A stretch of 64,000 nucleotides of DNA from Chrysomallon squamiferum (Eukaryota > Animalia > Mollusca), in NCBI GenBank assembly GCA_012295275.1, contig CM022669.1, forward strand, positions 5,084,001 to 5,148,000, given 5' to 3'. Within the stretch, counting starts at the first letter, position 1, and each line of letters starts with the position of its first letter. Shown here piece after piece: positions 13,722-27,706 of this stretch. A program made the position numbers and the translations under genes. The notes beneath the pieces are model-generated. The model saw only the letters and a program-made list of their open reading frames with translations. It was not told where the DNA came from and made no database searches.

Positions 13722-14402
13722 CATCATCATCATTTTATTCTTTCTTTTTATATGTATGTGTGCCTATGTGCGTGCGTGTGTGTGTGTTTATGAGTGTGCG
13801 TGTGTGTGACTATATATGCTATCTCGGCCGATAGATATACAGATTAATTTATACCAGATACGTGAAAATGTTCAAATGTAAATCATTTACTTAAAGAGTT
13901 TCAACTCAGATACAAGACGGGTTTCCTTTTTATACAGAAGATGTACATCGTTTTATCTGCATTCTTGTGAAAAAGCAAACCAGTATTATATGTATCTGTA
14001 TTACTGGTCTGTGATATACAATAACAAAACAAAAACAAAAACAAAACTGTAATAATAAAAACTGAAGGAACAATAAAACTAACAAGTTCAGTATTGACTA
14101 GATAAAGTAGAAAAAAAAAAAAAAAAACTAACATAAACATAAACAATAAAAATGTATTTTTTAATTAATAGCTGAAAATTTTCTATAATTTATTTATTTT
14201 ATTTTGCTTAAATAAATAAATTAATTTATTTAACATGATGTTTATTGTTTGTTTGAATGACTGTTTATTTGTTTTGTGAGAAAGGTAAACTGTTAAGCCT
14301 GAACCCTTGTGTAATGAACTGAACAAATCTGTAACGTATCTATATATAAGATAATTCAGTTAATCAGTTAACGTTTGAAACATCCACTGAATTAATTCAT
14401 TT

Positions 14403-14460
14403 ATCTAACATGTTGAGATTGTTTTACACATTTGTGTAAAACAATCTCAACATGTTAGAT
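14403..14460. repeat. Perfect 28-bp inverted repeat with a 2-nt spacer
   Basis: atctaacatgttgagattgttttacaca-TT-tgtgtaaaacaatctcaacatgttagat. Confidence 0.95.
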
Positions 14461-15126
14461 GGCCAGTTTGAGAACAGTAAAAATAGCGACCAGACTGTTC
14501 AGCTCTTTCTCTCATCAAATCTTACATTTGCCAGGCATATTACCTCAACTGAAATGAAACAGTGAAGAATATTTCAATAAAAGTATTTACCAATACATTT
14601 CTTTTTTTTAAATGTATCTTCACTTAAACAATATCTTCTCAGATTGTGTTAGGAAATCTGCTGCTGTCAAGACTGCAAATTCTCCCCCTCACCTACCGGT
14701 AAACAAAAATGACAAGAAAAGTAAAAACAATAACGGATTTGCTCTGGAAATGTTTCTGGTTTCTACTACCGCTAATTTTAAAATTAGTCCTATCTGATTT
14801 CTAAAGCTCTGTCATGGCGTATTGGATTTTCATGCAAAGATTCATATATGAGATTGTAAAGCACTGATCAGTAAAAACAACAAAACCAAACAACAAAAAA
14901 AAACTATTTTCCATTCGATTTCATCATAATTGTTATTTTACATCTTATTAAATATTTTGTACGCACCATTATATTTAGTTATTATTATATTAAAATATAT
15001 AAAGTAATAGCTGAACTCATAATGCACAATTTTAAAGATTTGTGTTGCTTGGTCCGAAAGCATTAATGTTGCTGAATGTCATCTTTTTAATAATACTTGC
15101 ATCTACTATTTTTTTTAAAATTACAT

Positions 15127-15173
<47 letters not shown>

Positions 15174-15771
15174 TTTTAATTATTTTTTGTATTACAATTA
15201 TTAGCATGATGATGATAACGGTGTCGTGAATTAATACTGAAAATCTACAATACAGTTAGTATCCAGCTTTTTCTTTTTGATATAAAATATTTGTCCCTCC
15301 TTTCTTCTCACATCTTTTCCACATGTTTCCAAAAATGTTTATTATTTTGCAGCAGTAGCATAAACTATTTGGCAAGATTTTATTGTAATTTAGATATGCA
15401 GTGAGCAATTCAATTCGTCGATTTAAGTTGTCCAAACAAATATAAGATCGTTTTGGTCTAGCGAACGTTTGTAAAAAGAAAACAAACGGGAAAAAGAATG
15501 ATAAAAATAATAAAACTGGATGGACAAATAGCTACAATAACATAAGAGAGACTGAGAAAATAACTGGTGTCTGATCAGTTATAACAATAACGCATTTTTA
15601 TCAATTTTGTTGTTTTGGGTGTTTCCTCTTAAGCGGACTAATTAGTAACTGATAGACAGATATACGTTACAGCAGTTAAAATCTTTAACAAATCATAAAA
15701 AATGAAGAATGAAAAATAAGATTAATAACAACAACAACAACAATAATAATAATATTAATAATAATAATATT

Positions 15772-15812
<41 letters not shown>

Positions 15813-15831
15813 TACTAATACTAATGACAGA

Positions 15832-15874
<43 letters not shown>

Positions 15875-15906
15875 ATATAATTTAAAATAATAATAACAAT
15901 TTGACA

Positions 15907-15949
<43 letters not shown>

Positions 15950-15992
15950 TTAAAATAATAAAAACCTTTCAACTATAGAAAATTAACCTTAC

Positions 15993-16170
15993 CTGTTTAC
16001 ATCTGTCGGATAAAGAACATTTAGCGTTTTCCGTAAATCTACGCAATCACAAACAGAAACAAAAATGTCATCTAACTAGTTACAGTTTTGTCTGAATACC
16101 TTATCGTCTGCGCATCCGCCCCGCGCTTGATCATCAGCACGTGTCACCAAGGAAATGACTGCGTCATAAA
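15993..16170 (-). promoter_or_regulatory. Possible distal promoter and non-coding first exon (K2P gene or other minus-strand transcript)
   Basis: Strong minus-strand donor CAG|GTAAGG at 15992. GC box CCGCCCC at ~16116, E-box CACGTG at 16138, and TGCGTCA at ~16160 in a local CpG patch. Confidence 0.35.
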
Positions 16171-17390
16171 CATGAACATATATTCAGTTTTATTATCGAC
16201 CTCTGTCGGGTTGGCAGTTTCCGATTCCTCGACCACAAAATAATGCCATTAATAAAAGAAATACGGGTATTGGAGTCTGGGTTTCGAACAATAGAAACGA
16301 TTGATTTTATTGGTAAAGTAATTCCTAGATTTACCAGTCGATATATGTCTGATCATAGGTTTTATGACAATTATCACTTTTTAACTTTCAGTCTGTAATA
16401 TTTTATTGCCAGAAAAAGAAATAATAACAATAAAACAGAAAAAAGTAAATCTTGACCAAAGAGAAAATCTCATCTCTTGAAGGCACTGCTGGTTTGAAAA
16501 GAAAAAAGAAACTCGTTTCGGAATAATGTGAAAACTGATATTTTGGCTCCGGCTTGTAAAACCATTCATAGACAGATATAAATTGTGAGAAAGACCTATC
16601 TACCTACCTGCCTACCAACCTAATTATATACATATACAGATATACTGATATAGAGAGACACAGACAGACTGATAGACAGGTTGATAGAGAGAGATACAGA
16701 CATATAAATATAGATGGACAGATACATACACAGACGAATAGATACAGATAGACAGACATATGCATGGTTTTCTAATTTTCGTACTATTTACAACATCTTC
16801 AACTGAATGGTGAAAAAATAATAACAAAATGAAATAAATAAATAAATAAGTAAATCAATTCAGTTCAATTAAATAAGTAAAAAAAAAAAAATAATAATAA
16901 TACGTGTATTTATTATATATATACTGCTTGTTAGTTTCTGTCTTAAATTCTAATTCTTCTAATTCAAGCTGTAAAAATCTAGAGATCTGAAAAGTGTATG
17001 AAATGTACTACTAAGTAATCTATAAGATACAGCATTGTTATGCATACACAAACAACTTACTGCATCACTTTGTCATGTTTGTAACAATAGAATATGATGT
17101 TTATTTATGTCTCCATGGTAATAAAGAAGATTAAAGCTATAGTGAAATATACATTGTTACCAGCGTCAAAAGGATAATTATGTTACATCGTTTGACAATT
17201 GTAAAATGTCATTCTTATTATTATTGTTTATGTACTGGGATCAAATCAAATCAAATCAGTTTATCGTAGTATTATATATGTTTGCATGTAAAATATGTAT
17301 TACCATTGTTTATAATGTAAATTCAGTATTGACAGCTTTTTTCATGTATGTGTGTAGTTTAGGATTTTTAATATTCTCTGTGTTACGTAC

Positions 17391-17490
17391 GTCTGATTAG
17401 ACTCTGCACATGGTCAATATTCGGGAACGCATTGGCTCAGGAAACCTCACAAACACCGTCAGATGCCGCTGACGAGACTCGAACGAGTTT
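17391..17490 (-). mobile_element. 5'-truncated copy of the same tRNA-derived SINE family
   Basis: Shares gtctgattagactctgcaca, tcgggaacgca, ttggctcagga and cgtcagatgccgctgacgagactcga with 51554-51882. B-box GTTCGAGTCTC on the minus strand at 17484-17474. Confidence 0.6.
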
Positions 17491-17718
17491 TCTGAACTAG
17501 CTTATATATGCGTGCTAATCGTGTATCTAACGTAGATGATAACATTAGAAATAAACTATATTTTACTGTTACGCGAATATACAGTTGTAACAGTAAATAA
17601 ATAAATAGATAAATTTTCACAGTGTTCGTAAGTTAGCAAAATATTTTTAAAAGTGTATTTAGTGGTTAGTTCAAAATTTTTTATAAAAAAAAGAGTTTAT
17701 TTAGGTTTTATTATTATT

Positions 17719-17752
<34 letters not shown>

Positions 17753-17934
17753 CGGAACGAATTTATATGTGTTTAATATTTTTATATTGTTGTTAAATTT
17801 TAAGGTAACCAAATTACTCCGCAAACCTACACGAAGAAAAAATCATCTTGGCTCCGGAATTCTGAGATCATTTCAGTTTTATTTATATAAATACGCTACA
17901 AAACTAGATTTATTATGACTTGCCCGTTTCATGC

Positions 17935-17983
<49 letters not shown>

Positions 17984-19564
17984 AAGAAGAAAAAAAAGAG
18001 TTATCTGCGCTTTTGTTCCAGCAGCAGTCAACAAGAAAATCTTATTCTCCATCTCACGCTTCGGACGTTAATGATTTTTGCGTTCTACTATTGTTCAAAT
18101 GCTAGTGACGTCACGACATTGTGCGCTTTGCAAGCATTAAAATTTAATAATCGTGATTCGATGAGTTTTTGTGGCGTCAGATCTTTCTTTACCATGGAGA
18201 AGAACAATACGAATTTTTATACGCTGTTATATTGATTCCACCCGCTTCACTTTACTTCTTTGTATTTGGAAACTGTACTATCCTATCAACTGATGTATAC
18301 GTTTATAGGTTGTTTTTTTGTTGTTGTTTTTTTTTTGTGTGTTTTTATTGGGGTTTTTTTTTTTCTTCATTTTTCTTTAATAACCTTGAATTTTATTTCT
18401 GACCCATATTCGTCTTATTATTTTTTAAATAATCAATTTCTGATATTTGTATATTTGACTGTTTCCGTATTGTTCCTAACAGGAAATATTATATTTATTC
18501 CAGTTTCTGAAATTATCTCATTGATTTTCAAAAATTCTCTATAGTATGTGTGTGTGTGTGTGTATCAGTGTGTCTGTGTGTGCGCATAACAAAAAAAAAA
18601 AAAAAATAATAAAATAAAATAAAAAGCAAAAAAAATAAAAATAAAAAGCAAACAAATAAAGTGTATTATAAAAGTCCAAACTTCGTTATTCAATACTTTT
18701 TAGCTTAAAAACCTGAAAGCTATAAAATTTTAATTTTGTAAAATACGATGAAAGATAGATAACAACACACTGGTGTATTTGTTTGCACGTATGTGCTGTT
18801 GTTTTTCTCATTTTTATCCCAATCCAGTTAACTCCACAATCTCGTGTCATTCCTCTGCACCCTTCTCAAATCTTTCATGACGTTTTCCTTGTAATTACAC
18901 CTTTAACTAGTTTTCGATAAACACAGTATACATTTCATGTTTTCACGTGTTTGCATGTCATACGGGTTTTATCAATGGATCATCCAATATTTAAGGAGAG
19001 AGGATCGTGTTTTGTCAAGGGATAACATCTGTGACCTATTACACACATATCTATCTGTCGAACATCGATTTTACAAATATGATCAATCTTTTACATTATT
19101 CAAATCATACACAAAAGCAATAAGAAAGAAATGTCTTTTTCTCTTTTTGTATATATCGATTCGTCCATGAAAACTCATACAAGAATAATATCTTTTTTAT
19201 TTGGTATTTTATAAACAGAACTTATACTAGTGAGTGAAAAAAAACGTCATAATTCCGTAATATTTTGACGAATGATAATATATATTATATATATTAATAA
19301 TAATAAAAATCATCATGATCATATTCATCCTGATGATGATGAATAAACATTACCAAAAAAAATATGATTACTATTTTATAGCATATTTTCAGTTATTAAA
19401 TTATTAAAATTGTCTTTATTATTTTATATATAAAAATAAAATACATTATTGAATAACCTATTTCAGTCTAATAAAAAAAATAATAATAATAATAATAATA
19501 AAATTAAATAAATAAAAAGTTATTTCAATAATCATTTATAGATTTTGTTATTGTTGTTGTTTTT

Positions 19565-19602
<38 letters not shown>

Positions 19603-22600
19603 AAAGATTGAAAGAAGAAAATTTGTTAAATAATATGATAGGAAATTAAAACAGTAGTAAAATAAAAGAAATAAAGCATAGGTTGACCAAATATAACGAG
19701 TAATAAATTTATCTGGTATTTTACTGACACTTGTGAACATAAATAACGTTGTGGTTTCGCGATGATTTCTTTTATAAACTCTTCTGTGAATTCTAGATCG
19801 ATTGAGACGGAGGCAGAATGCACTTAAACTGGGTTAAGGTTTACGCCATTAAAGTTATCTGCCGATGCAACGCTCTTTTTATTTGTAATCACCATTTCTG
19901 GCGGGAAATGCATTTACATTATAAGAAAAATATCGGATTTATTGACTAACTTCCAGTAAAAGGGGGTAGTCTTAAGCTGTAAAGAAGAAAGAAGAAAAAA
20001 AAAAATTGGCATTATTGATGTAAACCGAACTTCGATAGAATTGCTGATAATTAATTGATTGCTTATAAATTACCTCCCGCAAAGTTATTATTATTTTATT
20101 ATTTTTTTTCAGTAAGTTTTATTCATTTATACGTTTATTATTATTATTTTATTATTATTATTATTATTATTATTCCGGTTATCTTTGTAGAGAATCATTT
20201 CTCAAACATTCGTCCCGGATAACACGATATCGTTTTGGTTCTTTTTTCGTATTTTGCACAGCGTTATGACATGAATTAGACACGTATTTCAAACCCTGTT
20301 ATAAACATAAGTATTTTTATATAATGTCTCAACACAATTGTCATAAATGCTATTAACATATCAGGTAAGCACGTTCCAGACTTTTGAAAAAACAGCTGTA
20401 GAATACTTTCTTAAGGATGAATCAGTCTTTGGGAACACGAAGAGGATAAACCATATCGTACAATACTGGAAGCATGTGATGATAACAAACCACGAACACT
20501 AAGTTAATTTATAAAATCTGTTTTATTTCAAATGTTCTAAGATAACAAAAGTGTTGCATAAGCTCAGTATCACACACACATGCCAGATACAACTGGCCTT
20601 TTCGTGAGTCGGTAATTCTTACATGGTTTGGAAAACCTGTTTTGTTTACTACATACAAATAAGATCTGATAATAATAAAAGAACACGCCAATGAGAATAA
20701 ATTGACGTCATTCTGCATACAAAAAGTTAAAGATCCTCAACAAATTGAATGGTTTATTTTCTCATAGTTTATTATCATCAAAAACTGGTGTTCAAAAACT
20801 GTACAAAGAAGCATATGAAAAATATTGTGACTTTTTATAAAATAATAATAAAAAAAGATGGAAAGAAAGAAAGAAAAAAAAATAAAAAATTAATTAAAAA
20901 TACAAAAACAAGTAACTTTACAAGATTACATTCTGGACAAATCTGGTTTTCTCAGTTATGTCCATTTTGTGTTTGAATAGCCCTAAAATGTGACAAAAAT
21001 TAGATTTTTCCAATCCATGATAGAGTTGTATACAATGTTAAAACACAAATTTGGCACTCATAAAAATAACATGCAGTACAAAATTTGTGTCACTCATTTT
21101 AAAAACACTCACTAACATACTTGACCAATAAATTGATAAAGTAATAAGTAAAATTATTTTAAAAAACCAGTCACAACAGTATTGCTAATTTAACAGCAAA
21201 CACCCCAACAGTGGGTGGGAGTATAGTGATAAGGTTAAAATGTTAAAATTTTCACAGGAATAGCTGAATGTATATAGAGGTATGTTGATTTTGATTATGT
21301 ATGCGTGTGTGTGTTTGTCCACATTTCATTTGCATGTAGGCTTATTTGTTTATGTGTATGTGTTTATACAGTTTAAAATAATTTCACATGCTTAACTTTC
21401 ATGTCATGTCATACTGATGCAGATCTGGAAAGTTTTGTTTGGGTGATGTTGATCCTGCATGTTCAAGATCATTTTCTTTTTACGTGTTTCAAAATGTATG
21501 AAGATACAAGCAACACAAAATAAAAAATAAAAGAAAGAAAGAAAACCATATCCGTATCCTCCCACTAAGATACAAATCTATGTTATTTCACTTCCACAAC
21601 AGTCAGTATACAAAATACACATTCAGGCTAAGTAAGAGTTAGATTAAGAGCTTCAGGATTGTTCCACCAGTATGCTTTAATGCTATAATAAAATTAAAAT
21701 GATGGAATTTTAAAGTTGAAATCATACCATTAGATGGTTAATAATAATGATAATAATAATGTGTATGTCTGTGTGTGTCTGTATGTGTAGCAACAAATGT
21801 AAAGCAAAGCACTGTCCAAAACAAAACCAAATATTATTCTGTAAGAATGTACTAAAAATTGAAATTACAATAAAACAGCAAACTACATGCATTTTTTGTT
21901 TTTTTACAGATTACTATTTCATTTTAAAAAAAAGTAAAGTACTGTATTATTCTTTTTCTATAATTACGTGAAATCAAGTTAAACAAAAACATTATGTAAA
22001 TTATTATGTAGAAAGAGATACAGTATGACAAAAATATGGAAAATAAAATAACATAAATAAAAAGCATTAAGCTGTTGTTATTCATAATTTTAAATTCTGG
22101 TCTGTTTTTTTCATAACTCATACAGAAATAAAATACATAATATATAACACTGAAAATACAAAATGATAAAAATGTAATAATGAAAATAATAAATAAGTAA
22201 TAAAACTTAAATAAAACATCATCTTCATTTATAAATGTTTTTTTTTTTTTAAAGATTTTGCTAAAACACAATTTCCAAGTGGAAGACAAAGATAATGAAC
22301 AGTTACATTGCTTAAGTTTTGTGCGCATTAAAAGTTTAATGTGAATACATATATTCAGTATCTAAACTACTTTCTATTTAATTAAATATTATTAAAACTT
22401 GAAAGATTTATTTATTAAGATATGCAAGCTAAATACCACGTGCACAAAAATGGCCCAAAATACCACCAGTTTGTTATTATCCAGAAACCTCTGATAATTA
22501 CTGAGATGACTAGATTACCACTATAAATAAAACACTATATATATAGACTTTCTGAAACCAAGACCACTACCTTTGCCTTTTATTTGGTTTTAGAATTAAC

Positions 22601-24812
22601 TTGCAGCTATTTTATCAAATGGAATGGTATGTGGCCTCCTGATAAATAAATAATATAATAAAAAATAATAATTTTAATGGAAAGGACAAAAATAAATAAA
22701 CTGCATAAGATTACATTCTCATCAAACCTGGTTTTCTCATTTTATCAGTTTTGTCTGTTTTATGTTTGAAAAGCCCTAAAATGTGACTACTTAGGTGTTT
22801 CTAATTCTGTGTTGTTCACTTATAACAGACACTGTGAAAATGTAATGGGATAAATACATGTTATCTTGTGTTTTTCTAGAACAGATTTTCACAATTACAC
22901 AGATCATGTATCTTATAATAGCACTGTTTAATGCCTACATTATTTTAATACACTGGGAAAAATTTCCCATATTCAAAAACCATTCTGGTAATTTTATGGG
23001 CCATTACTTTGTGTATATTTTGTCACCTTAATTTCTGTTGATTCAAAAAAGATAATCAGCAAAACACTATTTTGAAAATTAAATAAAAATAATACACACA
23101 TACTTCTTTTTATTTTTTACAGTCATATTTTTACCTTTAAAATTTCAAAAATTACTGATATTATCTGTTAAATATATCTGAATTAATAATTACGCTCATC
23201 TAATAATGAATGATGAGCATATATTTCATAAAATATAAAAAAATATATATATAAAAACAATCAAAAAAATAAAAATACTCACACCCCAAAATAAAAACCC
23301 TTAATAGTATTTCATAGTCTCAGCTTTTCATGTTATTATAATTTTTATTTATTTATATATTTTTTTAAACATCACCACAATTCAACAAAAGTGACCTAAA
23401 TTGGTATTTGTATTGTGAATATTTCCCTGGTTTTGTAACACTGTCTCTATTTGTAAGTAACAGTTTGTTAGTGAACAGTTCCATAATTTGTTAAACTGAC
23501 CATACTCAGAAAACAACTGCCAGTCCTTTCATTAATACTGGGCTTCGTTAGTTCAGCTAGTGATCAGTATATACTGATATTCTTTGGTTTAATCTTTAAT
23601 AACTTTGTCTTGTCATGATGACAAAGACTACATATAAATACATGTATGTAATATATTTTGTATATCACAAATACACATTGCATACATCAGGAGTTACACT
23701 GAAATCTGTTTTGAAATATAAATAATATTCTATGTATAATGAGTACATATACTGTATAATTCTGTGTTTTCGAAACGTGTAAGATCTTTAATAAATATGT
23801 TAGGGTACCTTTCATAGCAGTGATCACATCCAATACATCCTAACGTATAGTTTGCACTTTACATATTTTATATAAAAAACTGTGTAAAGGAAAAATTATA
23901 AATTAATAAGTGGAAGTTAATAATATATTCTATACATAACTAGTATATAATTATTGTATAAAATAAAAATTTATTTTACACTGTAAATAGTATATTTTGC
24001 ATATCACGTGTATACTTAGAGTTTGTCTGAGATTATAAACACACATTTCTTTACACTGTGTGATATTCTGCACACAGTAAGCAGCCTAAATTTTGAATTA
24101 AAATACATTTCTTTATAATGTACTTTTCAATTTATAGTCACATGATGTTAGCACTGTTAATGACAATATGTTCATCTATCTATCACCAATTTACACTTCA
24201 ATTCACACAGCTGCATTTACAAATTAATATATTATTTCTTTATTCTGCACTATGTAACAGAAATATATTCTTGATATTACCTATCAACTTACTGTATATC
24301 TGGACCTATAGTAAAATATATTCAATAATTTGCATTGTATATAGCTGGATGGCATTTTAGAGTATATTTATTCAGTATATTATCTATCCATATCATGCAC
24401 ATCTAAACTCATACTTTATTTTTTGTTTTGCTTTATAAAATGAAAATGCATCTATCTCCTTTTATTTTGTACAAGTAATATCTTAGGTACATATCATCAT
24501 TAAGTATATGTTAAATTTGTTTTTCATTATATAATGTGTAATAAAGATTAAAAAATAATGTGTATCTCTTTATCATGCACTATGTAATATCTTCGGTATA
24601 ATGCCAATAAGTATATCTGAATACACACTGAAATAGTTCTGCACTGTAAATGCTAAATAAATATATTCTGTATATCACCAGTGACTTGCTGCTGTCTTCT
24701 GTATTTGGCTGCCGATTGTCGATGTTGCAAGAGGAAGACAGCAGTACAGATGCACACCCGTACGGACAAGTGAGGTACACTAATAGAAACAAGGAGTATG
24801 AGGAGGGGTTTA

Positions 24813-27675
24813 TCATGAAACACACTTCTGAATCCATTCTTTGTACTTTCTTGCTAGAACAGCTGAATATCCTGAAGCTCCTTTAGGCAGGAAGTTCAGC
24901 TGTACAGTTTTCATCTCGTCCTCAATCAGAGACTGCCGGTCATTCTCATACTTGACCTTCTTCTGACGGACATGGTCATTCGAAGCGAAATATTTGTGAT
25001 CGTCATTTTGAGCAGTTTTGTCGGAGTTGTCCGGATTGGCAACATTTTGTAATGACACCAGTGTATGGAATACGTATCTTCTGTAAACAAAAAAACAAAA
25101 TAATAAATCAAAAATAATAAAAAAATAAAATAAATAAAATAAATAAAATAAATAAATAAAAAAAATTAAAAATTAAAAATACAAACAAATATAAAAAATA
25201 AAATAAAATTTAAAAATTAAAAAATGCTTCCTCTATAATCATTCAGGTTTTCCAGAATGAAAAATAAGTAACAAATTAAAATTTTAAATTTCTCAACTAA
25301 ATGTAACTGACCTCAGAAATATCCTCACCTCAAAAAAAAGGTCCTGTACACAATTTACTTTTCACAGACACAGAAATATACAGACAGAATACTTGCTCAG
25401 AGCTTCAGAAATAATGAATGATTAGAGTTTAGTATTAGAATGATCATAAACACCAAAGTAGAAAGAATTTTGAGCGTTCATACCGGTGATACCAGAGGGC
25501 CTCGTGTTCTGGGTAACAGCTGATGAGGTCAACAATAAAACACATTTCTTTTTGAAGAATGTCAGCAAACTTGATGGAGAACTTGGAACTGAGTGTGCCA
25601 CTCTGAGAGTGAAGCTGAGTCAGCAGGAACTGGCGATAGTGAAAACCACTGTGATCAGAAATGTGACTGGAAACCCACAGCTGAGTTGAGTGCAGCTCAG
25701 AAAGAAGAATCTGCAATATAAAAAAAAAAATCCTGTTTTTTTTTTTTTAAAACTTTATTTCAAGGGGGAGTTCAAACATAACTGTTTACAAAAATGTATT
25801 CATTTGTTCTATGAAATTTAAAAAATTAATATTAAAAACTCTTGTTTTTTTTTTTTTTTTTTTTCATTTGAGAGGAATTAATTGTTTTTAATTCTCAACA
25901 TGATGGTATAACAGAATAAATGTATATAAAACTTTCTTCATTTGACATATAATATAACTGTGTCTATTTTATTATTGATTTATGAGATAGTTATTTATTA
26001 AAATTTTTATCTGTAGAAACAAATAATTTTCATTATTCTTTGATTTTTGAATTCTTAAAAAAAAATATAAAGTGTGTTTCTGTTTATGGAAACACTGTAT
26101 TATTTTAATTTTTAATTTGGACTTTTCTGTCTTTTTGTATCTTTTTTTAAATACAATAATAAGTAAAAGGAAATGTACATAGTTTATAACTAAAATCCAT
26201 TTATGTCTGGTTTATGACATAAAATAAACATGTATTTTACATTTTTGACATAAACAGAAAATATACCCAACTCCCACCCCTACCAATAAAAAAAAAAAAA
26301 AAAAAAAGAAGAAAATTGAATGAAAATACTAAAATAACAATGAGCAGATGAAAACAAAGGGAGGCAAAATAAAACTTATGACATCACCATAATTCAAAAT
26401 ATAGTGGCAAAATAAAACTAATAACTTCATTACACAAAACATGATAAAAAGCAAACATTGTAAAAGTACATCAGCACTAAAACATCCTGGACACTCACAG
26501 ACACTCGACAGCTAAAACACGACTGTACAACCCAGATGCGATGACTCCAGGCGTGGTAGTTGCTAGGATACTTGGATGCTGCAAGACCACAAACTGAAAG
26601 CTCGTCTTTAAACTGTTCAACTGATCCTGGCACACGCTGCTGTATCAGGTTGTTATTGCAGGGTGGGGCAGGGTTCAAGGTCGGTAAGAAGTTCACATTA
26701 ATAAGGTCAAGGTTGACCAGACCATCCTGTGGCTCAAGGCTGCTGTTGCTGTTGTTGCTGTCATTGCTTGACGCCAAACACTGACCAATTAGTTTCTGCA
26801 ACAACCATCGCCTGTGAAAATAGTAATATAATTTAAATCAGTTTTAACAAGCAGAAAAATGTAGATAATTTATTTAAAAACAGACTTGTATAATTTGTGT
26901 CTGAATGTAAATTTGTACTTCTAAACTATATATATTTGTACTCTTTATATAAATAAATGATATTTATATCTATATACAAATTATTTTATTTATATTTGTG
27001 TATAAATGTCTACATAATTAACTGATTAACAATAAAATAAGTGAGATATAAATAATATACCTGTATGTATTATGACACCACACACACACATTGTTAATAA
27101 TAACTAATATCACACCTATGTATAAATATCTATGTAACTAACTGATTAACAATATAGTATAGAATGAAATCTAAATAATATTAATAGTAATGCCATACCT
27201 ATCTGAGATATATATTTCTATATATTATTACTAATATCATACCTGTGTATAAAGGTTTCTGTACTTTTTGGATGTTTAGTGAGAATCAGAGAACCAAACT
27301 TTATGTCTTCTGGTATAGTCAAACTGGATGATTCTATCAGCTCTTTCCTGAAAAACATAAAATCAGTGTTATTTTATAATCTCATTATAATAGTCTATAA
27401 AAACTTTGTGTTTTAATTCATTTAGCAAAACAACAATAAATTTTAGTCTCAAATTTAACAAATTTTTCTTTTAAAAATGAAAATTTTTTTTTTTTAATTT
27501 ATTATTTATAAAGATTAATAATTGCTGTATTTAATTTAGCACAAGAAAGAAAATATCATAACAATGATAAAAGTAGAACCTTAATAGCAAATGTTCATTA
27601 AATAAAGTTACAGAAATAACATACATAAGGCACAACAACAACAAAAAAAAATAATAATAGTAAAAAAAAAAAAAA

Positions 27676-27706
<31 letters not shown>

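Noticed and set aside
17466-17500. Hammerhead-ribozyme-like CTGACGA followed by a short stem (GACTCG-AA-CGAGTT); also at 51868
   Set aside because: No GAAA after the stem and no convincing stems I/III with an NUH site. The sequence is explained as the reverse complement of a SINE B-box.
24808-24815. Stop-codon readthrough or selenocysteine at the PTAR1 TGA
   Set aside because: The TGA is immediately followed by TAA and falls at the expected PTAR1 C-terminus.
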